IMG/VR virus record: IMGVR_UViG_3300010274_000002
Length of the DNA stretch: 64,000 nucleotides
DNA from: a virus
Direction: 5' to 3' (one strand)
This document shows, piece by piece, positions 19,159-28,990 of this stretch. Numbering within the stretch: the first letter of the stretch is position 1; each line of letters starts with the position of its first letter. A program made the translations under genes and the position numbers. Under the pieces are notes generated by a model. It was not told where the DNA came from and did no database searches. It saw only the letters and a list, made by a program, of their open reading frames with translations.

Positions 19159-19752
19159 GTGGCGCTGGGAGAGCACATCGAGAACACAATGCGAGCGGTT
19201 ATCCGGCTTCTCAAGTCGAGCGTGCTGGACAACGTGGTCCAGGTCACGCACGTGGATTACGGCGAGATAGCGCGCGTCCCGGCGCTTGTCCTGTACTTCC
19301 CCCAAGTGGCGGAGGTCAGGCACGAGGCGTCCAACGAGCGGGTTGTGACGAAGGACGTCGAGGCCGGGATATTCCGCGCGTCGCCGCCGCCGAGGTTCTA
19401 CGACCTCGAGTTCGACTACGAGCTCGTGGCGGCCACCATAGCTGGCCCCGAGAGTCTGCTGCAACTGGCGCAGAAATGCCTGACGTTTTTCGCGGAGCAC
19501 ACGACGGTTGCCGTAGACCTCACGGACGACGCAGGGGTTGTCTACGGCACGGACGTATACGAGCTCGCGCCGACGTTGGCGCTCTCGCCGGGGTCGGTGT
19601 CGGCGGCGTACATGACAGCCCGCGGGTCGTTCGCCGTCCGCGATGTCCGGGTTGAGGACCGGAGGGTCATCACGGGGCCTCTGGTACGACGATTAGAGAT
19701 GGCGTACAGAGACGAACAAAAGGAGATTGAGGAGGCGTACAGACACTTCTAG
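19159..19752 (+). CDS. tail terminator-like protein
   Basis: Position before the sheath gene; size. Confidence 0.5.
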   Translation: MALGEHIENTMRAVIRLLKSSVLDNVVQVTHVDYGEIARVPALVLYFPQVAEVRHEASNERVVTKDVEAGIFRASPPPRFYDLEFDYELVAATIAGPESLLQLAQKCLTFFAEHTTVAVDLTDDAGVVYGTDVYELAPTLALSPGSVSAAYMTARGSFAVRDVRVEDRRVITGPLVRRLEMAYRDEQKEIEEAYRHF

Positions 19753-19764
19753 GAGGTGGCTGAC

Positions 19765-20001
19765 ATGCCGCGTCTCAAGAACAAGCGGCAGGCGCCGCTG
19801 GTGGTTCCCGTGAAAGGGCGGGAGCCACTTTATTTTGCGCCGCTTGCCATCCAGACCGTGAGCGATAGAGTCGCCCAAGACCCGCTCGTGCAGAGCAACA
19901 TCAAGCGCGGCAATCTGCAAGTGCTTCCGGAGGGACCTGTGTCCTTGGAGCCGGAGGCGGAGACGCCCGCACGACGCGGGAAGAAGGGGGGTAGCGACTG
20001 A
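19765..20001 (+). CDS. hypothetical tail-region protein
   Basis: AGGAGG RBS; stop overlaps the sheath start. Confidence 0.6.
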   Translation: MPRLKNKRQAPLVVPVKGREPLYFAPLAIQTVSDRVAQDPLVQSNIKRGNLQVLPEGPVSLEPEAETPARRGKKGGSD

Positions 20002-21536
20002 TGGCCGAGTTCCTTTCGCCTGGGCATTACAAGTCTGAGAGCCCGCCGCAGGTCATGACCATGGCCGGGCAGAGCGTGTCCACGGGCGCGATCATCGGCG
20101 TGTTCGAGCGGGGTCCCATCGGCGTTCCGCGGCTCGTGACGAGCCTGACGGAGTTCCAGGATGTCTTCGGCGGATACATCCCGTCGAGCTACGCGCCGAA
20201 CGCGGTGGAAGGGGCATTCCGCAACAAGCCCGGAATGCGGCTCTACTGCGTGCGGACTGCGCACTACACAGACCCGACTGACCCCGCCACCTGCACGGCA
20301 AAGAAGTCGTCGGTCACAATCAAGGACCGCAACACCGTCACGCCGGTTGACACCCTCAAGGTCGAGGCCGCATCGGAAGGCGCCTGGGGCGACGAGATCG
20401 CGGTCGAGGTGGCCGACGCCACGAAGGACGCAGCCAACAAGTTCCGGCTCGTGGTCAAGTATGGCGGCGTCGTCAAGGAGGTCTTCGACGAGCTCTCGAT
20501 GGACGAGCTCTCGAGCGACTTCGCCGAGACGAGGATCAACGGCAAGTCCAAGTACATCCGCGTGACGGACCTCGACACCACCACCGCCGCGCCGGAAGAC
20601 AGGCCCGCTGCCGGCACGTACACGCTTGCAGGCGGCGATGACGGGCTCACTGGTTTGAGCGACAGCGACTATCTCGGCTCGGCCGCCAGCGGCACCGGAC
20701 TGCACGCTCTCGACAACATCGAGGATGCCCTCCTTATCGCCGTGCCGGGCATCGCGACGAGCGCGGTCCACAACGGCGTGCTCGAGTACTGCCAGAGCAG
20801 GATGGACTGCTTCGCCATCCTCGACCCGCCGATGGGAGCGACCTATCAGGACATCAAGGACTACGTCGAGAACACCGCCCAGCTCAACAGCGAATACGGC
20901 GCGATTTACTGGCCTAACGTCGGCATTTCCGACCCCGTCACCGGCTCCTACACGATAGTGCCGCCGTCAGGCCACGCCATGGGAGCGTATGCCCGCGTGG
21001 ACGCGCTTCCGGGCAAGGGCCCGTGGAAGGTCGCAGCCGGCATAGAGGACGGGCAGCTATACGGCGTCCTCGGCGTCGAGGACAACTCCGTCAACAACAA
21101 GGCAGTGCGGGACGTCATCTACCCCGCGAGGATCAACCCCATCCGGGCTATGTCCCGCTACGGGCGGCTCCTCTACGGCGCGAGGACCCTCTCCGGCACC
21201 GGCAAGATGACCTACATCAACGAGCGCCGGACCTTCATCTACGTCGAGAAGACCGTGGACGTCGAGACACAGTGGGTGGAATTCGAGAACAACGAGCCCG
21301 CTCTCTGGTCGCGGCTCACGAGGACGATCTCGGCGTTCCTACTCCGGGTATGGCGCGCCGGCGGCTTGAGAGGCGCCACGCCGGAGGAGGCGTTCGTCGT
21401 CAAGATCGACGCCGAGACCAACCCCGAGCCGGGGCCGATTCTCTACGGCAAGATCGGGCTTGCGACGCAGGTTCCCGCCGAGTTCGTCTGGTTCGACTAC
21501 ATGAAGCACACGATTGAGGCAACGCCTGCGGCATAA
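20001..21536 (+). CDS. tail sheath protein
   Basis: FLSPGHY, GVFERGPIGVP, RINPIR, YINERR, VEFENNEPALW sheath motifs. Confidence 0.95.
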   Translation: MAEFLSPGHYKSESPPQVMTMAGQSVSTGAIIGVFERGPIGVPRLVTSLTEFQDVFGGYIPSSYAPNAVEGAFRNKPGMRLYCVRTAHYTDPTDPATCTAKKSSVTIKDRNTVTPVDTLKVEAASEGAWGDEIAVEVADATKDAANKFRLVVKYGGVVKEVFDELSMDELSSDFAETRINGKSKYIRVTDLDTTTAAPEDRPAAGTYTLAGGDDGLTGLSDSDYLGSAASGTGLHALDNIEDALLIAVPGIATSAVHNGVLEYCQSRMDCFAILDPPMGATYQDIKDYVENTAQLNSEYGAIYWPNVGISDPVTGSYTIVPPSGHAMGAYARVDALPGKGPWKVAAGIEDGQLYGVLGVEDNSVNNKAVRDVIYPARINPIRAMSRYGRLLYGARTLSGTGKMTYINERRTFIYVEKTVDVETQWVEFENNEPALWSRLTRTISAFLLRVWRAGGLRGATPEEAFVVKIDAETNPEPGPILYGKIGLATQVPAEFVWFDYMKHTIEATPAA

Positions 21537-21549
21537 GGGGGTGACGTAG

Positions 21550-22002
21550 GTGGGCGAGCAGGTCAGGTTCTACAACCGCTTCAACTTCAAGGTTGAGATA
21601 GACGGGTTCGCGAGAACCGGGTTCCAGAAGGTCTCCGGTCTCGCGCAAAGCGTGGAGGTCATCGAGCACAGGGAGAGCGACTCCATCAGGCCGTACAAGA
21701 GCCCCGGCCTGTTCTCTTCGGAAAACGTGGTGCTCGAGTTCGGCGCGACCGATGACGAGGGCGCTTGGAATTGGTTCTCCACAGCGGTCAAGGTGGCGGA
21801 AGGGAAGCTCGCCGCGGAGGAGTCCGAGTACAAGAAGGACATTTCCATCGTGCAACTGGACGCGAACGGGAACGAGATCGAGCGGTGGAACGTCTTCGGA
21901 GCGTTCCCGGTCAGCTTCGATCCCGGCGAGTTCGACGCGACTTCCAACGAGAAGACGATCCGGCGGCTTGAGCTCGCCAACGACTACAAGGAGAAAGGCT
22001 GA
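21550..22002 (+). CDS. tail tube protein (T4 gp19-like)
   Basis: FNFKVEIDG, FQKVSGL, ERWNVFGAFPVSF. Confidence 0.92.
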   Translation: MGEQVRFYNRFNFKVEIDGFARTGFQKVSGLAQSVEVIEHRESDSIRPYKSPGLFSSENVVLEFGATDDEGAWNWFSTAVKVAEGKLAAEESEYKKDISIVQLDANGNEIERWNVFGAFPVSFDPGEFDATSNEKTIRRLELANDYKEKG

Positions 22003-22043
22003 GTTGATTGACATAGCAGAAGCGATAGAGAGGGGAGAAAGCG

Positions 22044-22754
22044 GTGTTTACGTTCAAGATTCCGTCTTGCGGGGATGAAATCGAGACCCGCAAGCTGAAG
22101 GTCCGAGAGCAGAACCTGCTCGTGGACAGGAAAAAGGTGAGGGACGGGAGCGCCGTAGACGAGGCGCTCTCGTCTTGTATTCTGACGCCTGGTTATGACC
22201 CGAAGGAGCTCCTGGTCGGCGATCGTGTGGCGCTTCTCATTCACCTTCGCACCATCACGCACGGCCCGGATTTCGTGTTCCGGGTGACGTGCGACTGCGG
22301 CGAGACTTTCTTCTGGAAAGAAGACCTCACCGAGTTGCCTGTGAAGTACCTCGACCCGCCGCTTCCATACGGCGAGGAGCGGGTCATTGAGATTGTACCG
22401 CCCGGACTCGGCCGCAAGGTCAAGGTGCGGCTTCTGAAGGGCAAGGACGAGAAGAGGATGCGCGCGATTCGCACGGACAGCGAAGGGGCGTTGTTCTCGG
22501 GTCTCCTCCGTCTCATCACAGTGGAGGTCGAGGGTGAGAAAGTGCTCTCGGCCAGGTGGTTTGACGACCTCGACGCTGACGACATGGATTACATCCTCAG
22601 CGAGTGGCGGGCGCGCGACTGCGGCGTGGACACGACGGTCAAGGTCGAGTGCCCGGCGTGCGGCAGGACGCAGGAGATGGATCTTCCCATCTTCACCGAG
22701 CGCGGTTTTTTCCTGCCGAAGAGCTCGCAGCAGAGTTTCTTGCCAACGGCGTGA
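22044..22754 (+). CDS. tail assembly chaperone / baseplate hub assembly protein
   Basis: Between tube and tape measure; CDCG and CPACG Zn-ribbon motifs as in T4 gp26-like proteins. Confidence 0.7.
   Translation: MFTFKIPSCGDEIETRKLKVREQNLLVDRKKVRDGSAVDEALSSCILTPGYDPKELLVGDRVALLIHLRTITHGPDFVFRVTCDCGETFFWKEDLTELPVKYLDPPLPYGEERVIEIVPPGLGRKVKVRLLKGKDEKRMRAIRTDSEGALFSGLLRLITVEVEGEKVLSARWFDDLDADDMDYILSEWRARDCGVDTTVKVECPACGRTQEMDLPIFTERGFFLPKSSQQSFLPTA
22706..22712 (+). other. -1 programmed ribosomal frameshift site T TTT TTC
   Basis: In-frame GGT TTT TTC near the 3' end of the chaperone; the -1 frame is open to 22942 (PAEELAAEFLANGVTEERLAEEVFQLMFL...). Confidence 0.7.
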
Positions 22755-22942
22755 CCGAAGAGAGGCTTGCGGAAGAGGTATTCCAGCTCATGTTCCTCTG
22801 CGAGGGAACCGGGTTGGGGATGCCCTACAACGACGTGATGGACCTGGACGTGCCGGTGAAGGACAAGCTGCTCGAGTTGCTTTACGACAGGATGGACAGC
22901 CTGCGGCAGGCGTATGAAAGCCTGTCGCGCAAGGCGCGGTGA
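22751..22942 (+). CDS. second tail chaperone ORF (T part of a G/GT-like pair)
   Basis: -1 frame relative to the upstream chaperone; stop abuts the tape measure start. Confidence 0.65.
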   Translation: MTEERLAEEVFQLMFLCEGTGLGMPYNDVMDLDVPVKDKLLELLYDRMDSLRQAYESLSRKAR

Positions 22943-25900
22943 GTGCGGATGCTCAACTACAGGGGCCTCGGCCTCGGCCTGCTTTTCACTGCCAAGGACT
23001 TAGCCACCACAACAATACGGAACGTAGACCGGGAGCTACGCTCCGTGAGCCTGACTGCAGACGAGGCGTCGCGCAGGTTCAACAGCTCTATGAAGCTCAT
23101 GAAGACCGGTCTCGCGGGCCTCGGCGCAGGCATCGCGATAGCGGTGCCGCTCACGCGCGCTGGCAAGGCCGCATTCGACACTTCGGCGCAGTTCAAGCAG
23201 ATCACGAAGACGTTCGAGGTGTTCTTGGGCTCGGCCGAGAGAGCTACGCAACACGTGGAGGAGTTGCAGAAGTTCGCCGAGACCACGCCGTTCGAGTTCC
23301 TGGACCTCACGCAGTACTCGCGGCAGATGCAGGCGTACGGGTTCCAGGCCGAGCAAGTCATCCCGATGCTTACGGCTGTGGGCGACGCCGCCGCTGCCAT
23401 GCAGGATCCCACGGCGATGGAGCGCATAATCCGGGCCTTGGGGCAGATTCAGGCGAAGGGCCGGCTCGTTGGGCAGGAACTCCTGCAGCTGACCGAGACC
23501 GGGCTCCCTATCTACGACATCCTCCAGAAGCAGTTGGGGCTCACGGCGGACCAGGTGGGCCGCATAGCCGAGCAGGGCATACCGGCTCAGAAGGCGATAG
23601 AGGCCATCATGACCGGGTTGACCGAGCGGTACGGCGGCATGATGTCCGAGCTTATGAAAACGCCCCAGGGCATCTTGAGCAACATACGCGACATGCTCAC
23701 GAGGTTGCGCCGGGGCATTGGGGATGTGTTCTACGACGAGATCGTGGCTATGCTTCAGAAGGTCTCTAGCACATTGAAGAGTCTCGGGGACGCAAAGCCT
23801 GTTGTGGAAGGAATCGGTAAAGGGTTCCGGGACATCCTGGTCGTGATTAAGCCCGTCGTTAACGCGACGCTCAGTCTCGCACGGGCTGTAACGAAGTTTC
23901 TAGAACAGCGACCGTGGATCGCATCCTTTGGGGTGGCGCTGGCTGGTATCTCGGCCATCGTGCTCCTGGTGGCCGGGAGTTTTCTCTTCCTGCGGGGCGT
24001 GATGGGGGTCATCCCGATGTTGCTTGAAAGAATCGGGATGGGCGGCCGGATTGCGATAGGCTCGCTGGCCTGGCCGGTCCTTGCTGCTGCGGCGGCGTTC
24101 ACCGGGCTGAAGCTTGTCGTCGAGCGGGACGTGGGCGGTATCGGCACTCTCTGGCGCGGCCTTGCGACGCTCATCGCCAACACGAGATTCGACCCGCAGA
24201 CCGGCTGGATCTCGGCCTTGCCTGAGACCTTGCGTAACGAGCTACAGAGACTGAACCTGCTGGACTTCGCGGTCAAGGTGTGGATGTTCACCGTGCGGGC
24301 GAGGGAGTTCCTGCAGGGCTTCGTCGAAGGCGTGCGAGGCTTCGTGAAGGGTCTTGTTGACGCCCTCAAGCCAATCGGGACGGCGTTCCTCGATGTCGCG
24401 AAAGCGATAGTCGCGCCTTTCGTGCAGTCCGGGCGGGAGCTCACCGATGCCGCGGCTGCGCTGCCTATCAAGTCGTTCAGAGACTTCGGCTTCGAGATAG
24501 GGCAGGCGCTTCAGCGGGCTTTGCCGTTCATCCGCGGCTTTGCGTCCGGCGTCGCCGCGGTCATACGCGCTCTGGGTGCAGTGCTCGCGCCTGCCGTGAG
24601 AGTAGTAATCTCCGCTCTCCGGTTCTTGGGTGTCGTAGTTGCGTGGGTGGCCAACCGATTCGCGAGGAGCGGCAAGGATGCTCAGACTGACTGGATAGCC
24701 ACACTAGCCAAGGCAGTCGGCGGTCTCGTGGGGGTACTGCTTGCGTTACGAGGAGCGGCGGCTATTAAGTTCGTGTTCCTCGGAGGGCTCCGGACGCTCC
24801 TGGGGCCGGTGAACATGCTGAGTAAGGCCCTTTGGGGGCTGCCGACCGCGATAGGCCGGGTTGGAGTGTTCTTCGGGCAACTTGCGGCGAAAATGAGCAT
24901 GTTCGACCCTGGCGCGCTCGTGGCGCGGGTCCAGCGTTTGGGCGGGGCGCTCGGCAACTTGCGTAGATACTTTGCGACAGTCAGGGATTCGATACGGTTC
25001 GCGGTGGAAGGTATGCAGGGTTTTGGGCAGAGCCTAGCGCGAAACGCCGCGCGAGTAGCGCAGTTCGGCATGGGTTTGGTCGAGACCGGGGTGAAGGCCG
25101 CTCGACGGTTCATAGCTGGCATGATCCAGAGCGGGGCTGCCATGCTCCGCAACTTCCTGCCGGCAATCGGCAAGGCCATTGCGTCCGCGTGGAGCTTTAC
25201 AGCGGCGCTGCTGGCCAACCCTGTCACATGGATCGTCGCGGGGATAGTGGGGCTAGGCGTAGCGCTCTACTTTCTCATCCGCAACTGGGATCGGGTAACG
25301 GCTGCACTGCGCCGGGCATGGGCAAAAATCCGGGAGTTCGCCACCGAGCTTTCCGCCGGCGTGGTGCAGGCGCTGGCGATAATGGTGCCTTTCATCGGCC
25401 TGCCACTGCTGATTATCAAGAACTGGGACAAGACTGGGGCGTTCTTTGCGGCGCTGTGGGCCGGCATCAAGGCGGGAGCCGCGGGCTTCGTTGCTTGGAT
25501 GTGCGGTATACCGGCGTGGTTTGCGGAGTTGCCGGGGCGGATCGACGCCGCGCTTATCGCGCTACGGGTGCGCGTAACAGTGAGCTTCCAGCGGCTCTGG
25601 GCGGCAGTCGAAGCCGGGGCTCGCGGGTTTTGGGCCTGGATTCAAAACATCCCGGCCTGGTTCTCTGAACTGCCCGGCAAAGTGGCGACGGCTCTTTCCG
25701 GACTGTGGGCGACTATCGCCGACTTTTTCACGTCGTTGCCTGAGCGCGCCTTGGAATGGGGCCGCAATCTGATATCGTCCTTTATCGAGGGAATCAAGAG
25801 CGGCCCGATTGTCGGAGCTATCACGGGTATTGCCGACACTATCAAGAGCTTCCTAGGCTTCGGCTCGCCGACCGAGGCGGGACCGGGGCGCACGGCTGAC

Positions 25901-26341
25901 TTGTGGGCGCCGCGGTTCGTGGAGATGTTCGCGGCGGGCTTGAAGAAGGGACTGCCGCTTGTCACGGCTGCGAGCGTCGAGCTCGCCTCGGCGCTCTCGG
26001 GCGCGCTCGCCGGGGTGATGCCGTCGTTGCCTGCGATGGCAGCTCCTATCGCGCCTGCGCTTACGGTTCCCGCACCAACGGTCGAGGCCGCGATGGCGCG
26101 GGAGACCGCGCCTGCTACCCCGGTGCCGGCTCGCCCGCAACCGGTCCCGGCGATTACGACGCCGCCCGTGCGCCCGGTCATCGTGCAGGTGCCGGTCGAG
26201 AAACCCGCGGCGACGGTCGCGGAGCCTGCCCGCGGGCGCTCTCAGCCGGAGGTAATACAGCTCGTCGTTGACGGCAGGGTCCTCGCCGAAGTGGTGCGGA
26301 ATATCGAGAGAGAAGACCTGGCGCGAAGCGCGCCCTGGTAG
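22943..26341 (+). CDS. tape measure protein
   Basis: 1132 aa; FAETTPFEF, ALGQIQAKGRL tape-measure domain; Trp-spaced helical repeats near the C-terminus. Confidence 0.93.
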   Translation: MRMLNYRGLGLGLLFTAKDLATTTIRNVDRELRSVSLTADEASRRFNSSMKLMKTGLAGLGAGIAIAVPLTRAGKAAFDTSAQFKQITKTFEVFLGSAERATQHVEELQKFAETTPFEFLDLTQYSRQMQAYGFQAEQVIPMLTAVGDAAAAMQDPTAMERIIRALGQIQAKGRLVGQELLQLTETGLPIYDILQKQLGLTADQVGRIAEQGIPAQKAIEAIMTGLTERYGGMMSELMKTPQGILSNIRDMLTRLRRGIGDVFYDEIVAMLQKVSSTLKSLGDAKPVVEGIGKGFRDILVVIKPVVNATLSLARAVTKFLEQRPWIASFGVALAGISAIVLLVAGSFLFLRGVMGVIPMLLERIGMGGRIAIGSLAWPVLAAAAAFTGLKLVVERDVGGIGTLWRGLATLIANTRFDPQTGWISALPETLRNELQRLNLLDFAVKVWMFTVRAREFLQGFVEGVRGFVKGLVDALKPIGTAFLDVAKAIVAPFVQSGRELTDAAAALPIKSFRDFGFEIGQALQRALPFIRGFASGVAAVIRALGAVLAPAVRVVISALRFLGVVVAWVANRFARSGKDAQTDWIATLAKAVGGLVGVLLALRGAAAIKFVFLGGLRTLLGPVNMLSKALWGLPTAIGRVGVFFGQLAAKMSMFDPGALVARVQRLGGALGNLRRYFATVRDSIRFAVEGMQGFGQSLARNAARVAQFGMGLVETGVKAARRFIAGMIQSGAAMLRNFLPAIGKAIASAWSFTAALLANPVTWIVAGIVGLGVALYFLIRNWDRVTAALRRAWAKIREFATELSAGVVQALAIMVPFIGLPLLIIKNWDKTGAFFAALWAGIKAGAAGFVAWMCGIPAWFAELPGRIDAALIALRVRVTVSFQRLWAAVEAGARGFWAWIQNIPAWFSELPGKVATALSGLWATIADFFTSLPERALEWGRNLISSFIEGIKSGPIVGAITGIADTIKSFLGFGSPTEAGPGRTADLWAPRFVEMFAAGLKKGLPLVTAASVELASALSGALAGVMPSLPAMAAPIAPALTVPAPTVEAAMARETAPATPVPARPQPVPAITTPPVRPVIVQVPVEKPAATVAEPARGRSQPEVIQLVVDGRVLAEVVRNIEREDLARSAPW

Positions 26342-26355
26342 CAGGTGATGCGGCG

Positions 26356-26889
26356 ATGCCGAGCCTTTCTTTCGGACCTGTCGCCAAGGGGTTCCTGGTG
26401 AACGAGGTTACGCTGGAAAAACTCATTTTCCAGTTCAATCCCCAGGAGATAACGGACTCGCGGAGCGTGGCGTTCGAGAAGATCCAGGTGCCGGGGCTGT
26501 CCCATCCGGTCCTCCAGTTCACTGCCGGCGACGGGAGGAAGCTTTCGTTCCTTCTCGAGTTCTCGGCTGTGGGCTACAACCGGGATATAATGGCCGACAT
26601 CAGGTGGCTCCAAAGCCTCCAGTATCCGCAGTGGGGCGAAGGCGCCATCAAAAGCGCGCCTCCCAGGGTGGCTTTTGTGTTCGGCAAGCTCCTACGCCTT
26701 CGCGGGGTTATCGCCTCGACGCAGGTGACCTACCGGCGGTGGGCTCCGGACCTTGCGAGACTGCTCGAAGCATCCGTCACCATCGACTTCGAGGAGTACG
26801 TCCCCAAGAGCGTGGACATGTTGGAGGTGCGTCGCGGGGACGTTGACCCGGCCATTGCTGACCTCATAAGGAGGTCGAAGCCGCGATGA
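26356..26889 (+). CDS. tail tube initiator (CIS tube-like) protein
   Basis: LIFQFNPQEITDSRS...LQFTAGDGRKLSF. Confidence 0.75.
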   Translation: MPSLSFGPVAKGFLVNEVTLEKLIFQFNPQEITDSRSVAFEKIQVPGLSHPVLQFTAGDGRKLSFLLEFSAVGYNRDIMADIRWLQSLQYPQWGEGAIKSAPPRVAFVFGKLLRLRGVIASTQVTYRRWAPDLARLLEASVTIDFEEYVPKSVDMLEVRRGDVDPAIADLIRRSKPR

Positions 26890-27182
26890 TTTACGAGGGA
26901 AGCCGCTATGCGCGGATGAGCGTCAGGCTTGACGCCGAGGGGCGTCCTTATGTCGCGGGCAGGCGCAGAGTGCCGAAGACAGCATGGCCGGATAACCGGG
27001 CGCACACGGTGAAGGACGGCGACAGCCTCTGGATGCTCGCTTGGCAATACCTCGGGGACGCGGAGCATTGGTGGGTCATTGCGGACTTCAACGGTATCAA
27101 AGACCCCTGGGAACCGCTTGAGGCGGGGAGGGTGCTCGTCATACCGAGCGAGCGGACCTTTAGGGAGGAAATCCTGCCGTGA
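26886..27182 (+). CDS. LysM / tail protein X-like baseplate protein
   Basis: HTVKDGDSLWMLAWQYLGDAEHWWVIADFN LysM motif. Confidence 0.85.
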   Translation: MIYEGSRYARMSVRLDAEGRPYVAGRRRVPKTAWPDNRAHTVKDGDSLWMLAWQYLGDAEHWWVIADFNGIKDPWEPLEAGRVLVIPSERTFREEILP

Positions 27183-28354
27183 GGAATCCCAAGGAGACGT
27201 ACGCGCCGGTAGTCTATCTCAAGGTGGACGGCAAAAGGCTCCCTGACGAGCTGGTGGGGAGAGTGCTCGAGGTCGAGTTCGAAGACGACTCGGAGAAGCT
27301 GCCGAAGCTCACCGTGCGGTTCAACAACGCCGATCTCCAGATTACGGACCATTCCTTGTTCGCCATGGGCAAGAGGGTCCAGGTGCAGTGGGGATACATC
27401 GACGGCGAGCTTTCCGAGGCGGTCACATGCACGGTCAAGGCGATTCGCGGGTTCAAGGTGCGCGAGCTCGTGGCGTACGGCGAGGGGCACAAGCTGGCAG
27501 ACAAGGCCAAGAGCCGTATTTGGAAGAACCTCAAGTACTCGGACATCGCCCGTCAAATCGCCGAGGAGCACAGCCTCAAGCCGGTGGTGGAGGACACGAA
27601 GATAGCCCACGAGCAGGTGGCGCAGGCGAACCAGACGGACCTCAACTTCCTGAAGGAGCTTGCGGAGAAGGTCAATTTCCAGTGCTACGAGGAGAACGGG
27701 GAGCTTCACTTTCACTCGAAGAAGCTCGACGCGAAGCCGTCGCTCGCCTTTGCGTATTACAACGGCGAGTATGGGAATCTCGTGAGCTTCGAGCCGGTCG
27801 AGAAGACTCTTTCCGAGCCGAACGAGGTCGCGGTGAGCGGCGTCGACCCGATGGAGAAGAAGCCGTTCATCGCGAAGGCGAACGACTCCAACGTCGAGCG
27901 GGACGCCGTGGCGGAGGGCACGTACCTTTACGACGGCGCGTCGGGTTCCGAGACGTTCAAGCCCGGCGAGACGGGTAAGAAGGTCGCTTCCACGGCCAGG
28001 ACGCCGAGCGAGGCGAAACAGCAGGCCGATGCCGGGTTCAAGAAGGCAGAGGAGGAAACGGTCGAGGCGAGCATAGAGACGGTCGGCGAGCCGAGCCTTC
28101 GGGCGAAACAGGTCGTGACGCTGTACGGCCTCGGGAAGCGGTATTCCGGAAACTGGTACGTGAAGAACGTGCGGCACGTGATAGGCCAGGGCTACCGGTG
28201 CTCGGCCATGCTTGAGCGCAACGCGACGGGCTCGCCGAAGAGCACCGGAGCGAAGGAGACGAGCGCGAAGGTGAACACGGAAAAGGCTCCGCTTGAGTCC
28301 GAGCGCAAGATCGTCTACTCGGGCGAGACGGGCCGGGAGCTGACTGCGCCGTGA
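27179..28354 (+). CDS. baseplate hub (late control D family)
   Basis: QANQTDLNFLKELA; YSGNWYVKNVRH; position. Confidence 0.85.
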   Translation: MRNPKETYAPVVYLKVDGKRLPDELVGRVLEVEFEDDSEKLPKLTVRFNNADLQITDHSLFAMGKRVQVQWGYIDGELSEAVTCTVKAIRGFKVRELVAYGEGHKLADKAKSRIWKNLKYSDIARQIAEEHSLKPVVEDTKIAHEQVAQANQTDLNFLKELAEKVNFQCYEENGELHFHSKKLDAKPSLAFAYYNGEYGNLVSFEPVEKTLSEPNEVAVSGVDPMEKKPFIAKANDSNVERDAVAEGTYLYDGASGSETFKPGETGKKVASTARTPSEAKQQADAGFKKAEEETVEASIETVGEPSLRAKQVVTLYGLGKRYSGNWYVKNVRHVIGQGYRCSAMLERNATGSPKSTGAKETSAKVNTEKAPLESERKIVYSGETGRELTAP

Positions 28355-28986
28355 GGTTGTACGGGAAGTACAGGGGTTTCGTGGTGGACAACAACGACCC
28401 CAAGAAGTTGAGGCGCCTTCGCGTGAAGGTGCCTTCTTTATTTGGCGACGAGGTCCTTGAGTGGGCGTGGCCTTGCGAGCCGTACGGCGGCCTTGGGGAA
28501 ATGGGCCTCGTGATGCTGCCGGAAGTCGGGGCCGGGGTGTGGGTTGAGTTCGAGGCGGGCGACCCGAACGCGCCGATTTGGTCCGGTTGTTGGAGCGGCG
28601 CGCCGGGCGGGACGCCTGAGGTGCCGACCGAAGCCGGGAACTTGTACCCCGCCAACAAGGTGCTCAAGACGAAATCCGGGCATGTGGTTGAGCTGGACGA
28701 CACGCAGGACGCTGAGAAAATCAAGGTCACATGCAAAGACGGCGCTTACGTGCTCATAGACGCGAAGAGCGGTCAACGCAGGGTAGAGCTTGTCGAAAGC
28801 GCGCTGAGAGTGAAGCTGGACCGTGAAACCGGCGAGATGACAATTGAAAGCCCGGTGCGGGTCAAAGTCATGGCTCCCGAGGTGCTGCTCGGCGCGGGCG
28901 GCTATCAGGGCGTGACGACGCAGGCGCATCCGTGCCTGTTCCTTGGTGCTCCGCATCCGGGTTCTTCGGCGGTGAAGGCGGGTTAG
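28351..28986 (+). CDS. baseplate spike (gpV-like)
   Basis: YGKYRGFVVDNNDP, LPEVGAGVWVEFEAGDP, TKSGHVVELDD. Confidence 0.9.
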   Translation: MRLYGKYRGFVVDNNDPKKLRRLRVKVPSLFGDEVLEWAWPCEPYGGLGEMGLVMLPEVGAGVWVEFEAGDPNAPIWSGCWSGAPGGTPEVPTEAGNLYPANKVLKTKSGHVVELDDTQDAEKIKVTCKDGAYVLIDAKSGQRRVELVESALRVKLDRETGEMTIESPVRVKVMAPEVLLGAGGYQGVTTQAHPCLFLGAPHPGSSAVKAG

Positions 28987-28990
28987 GTTA

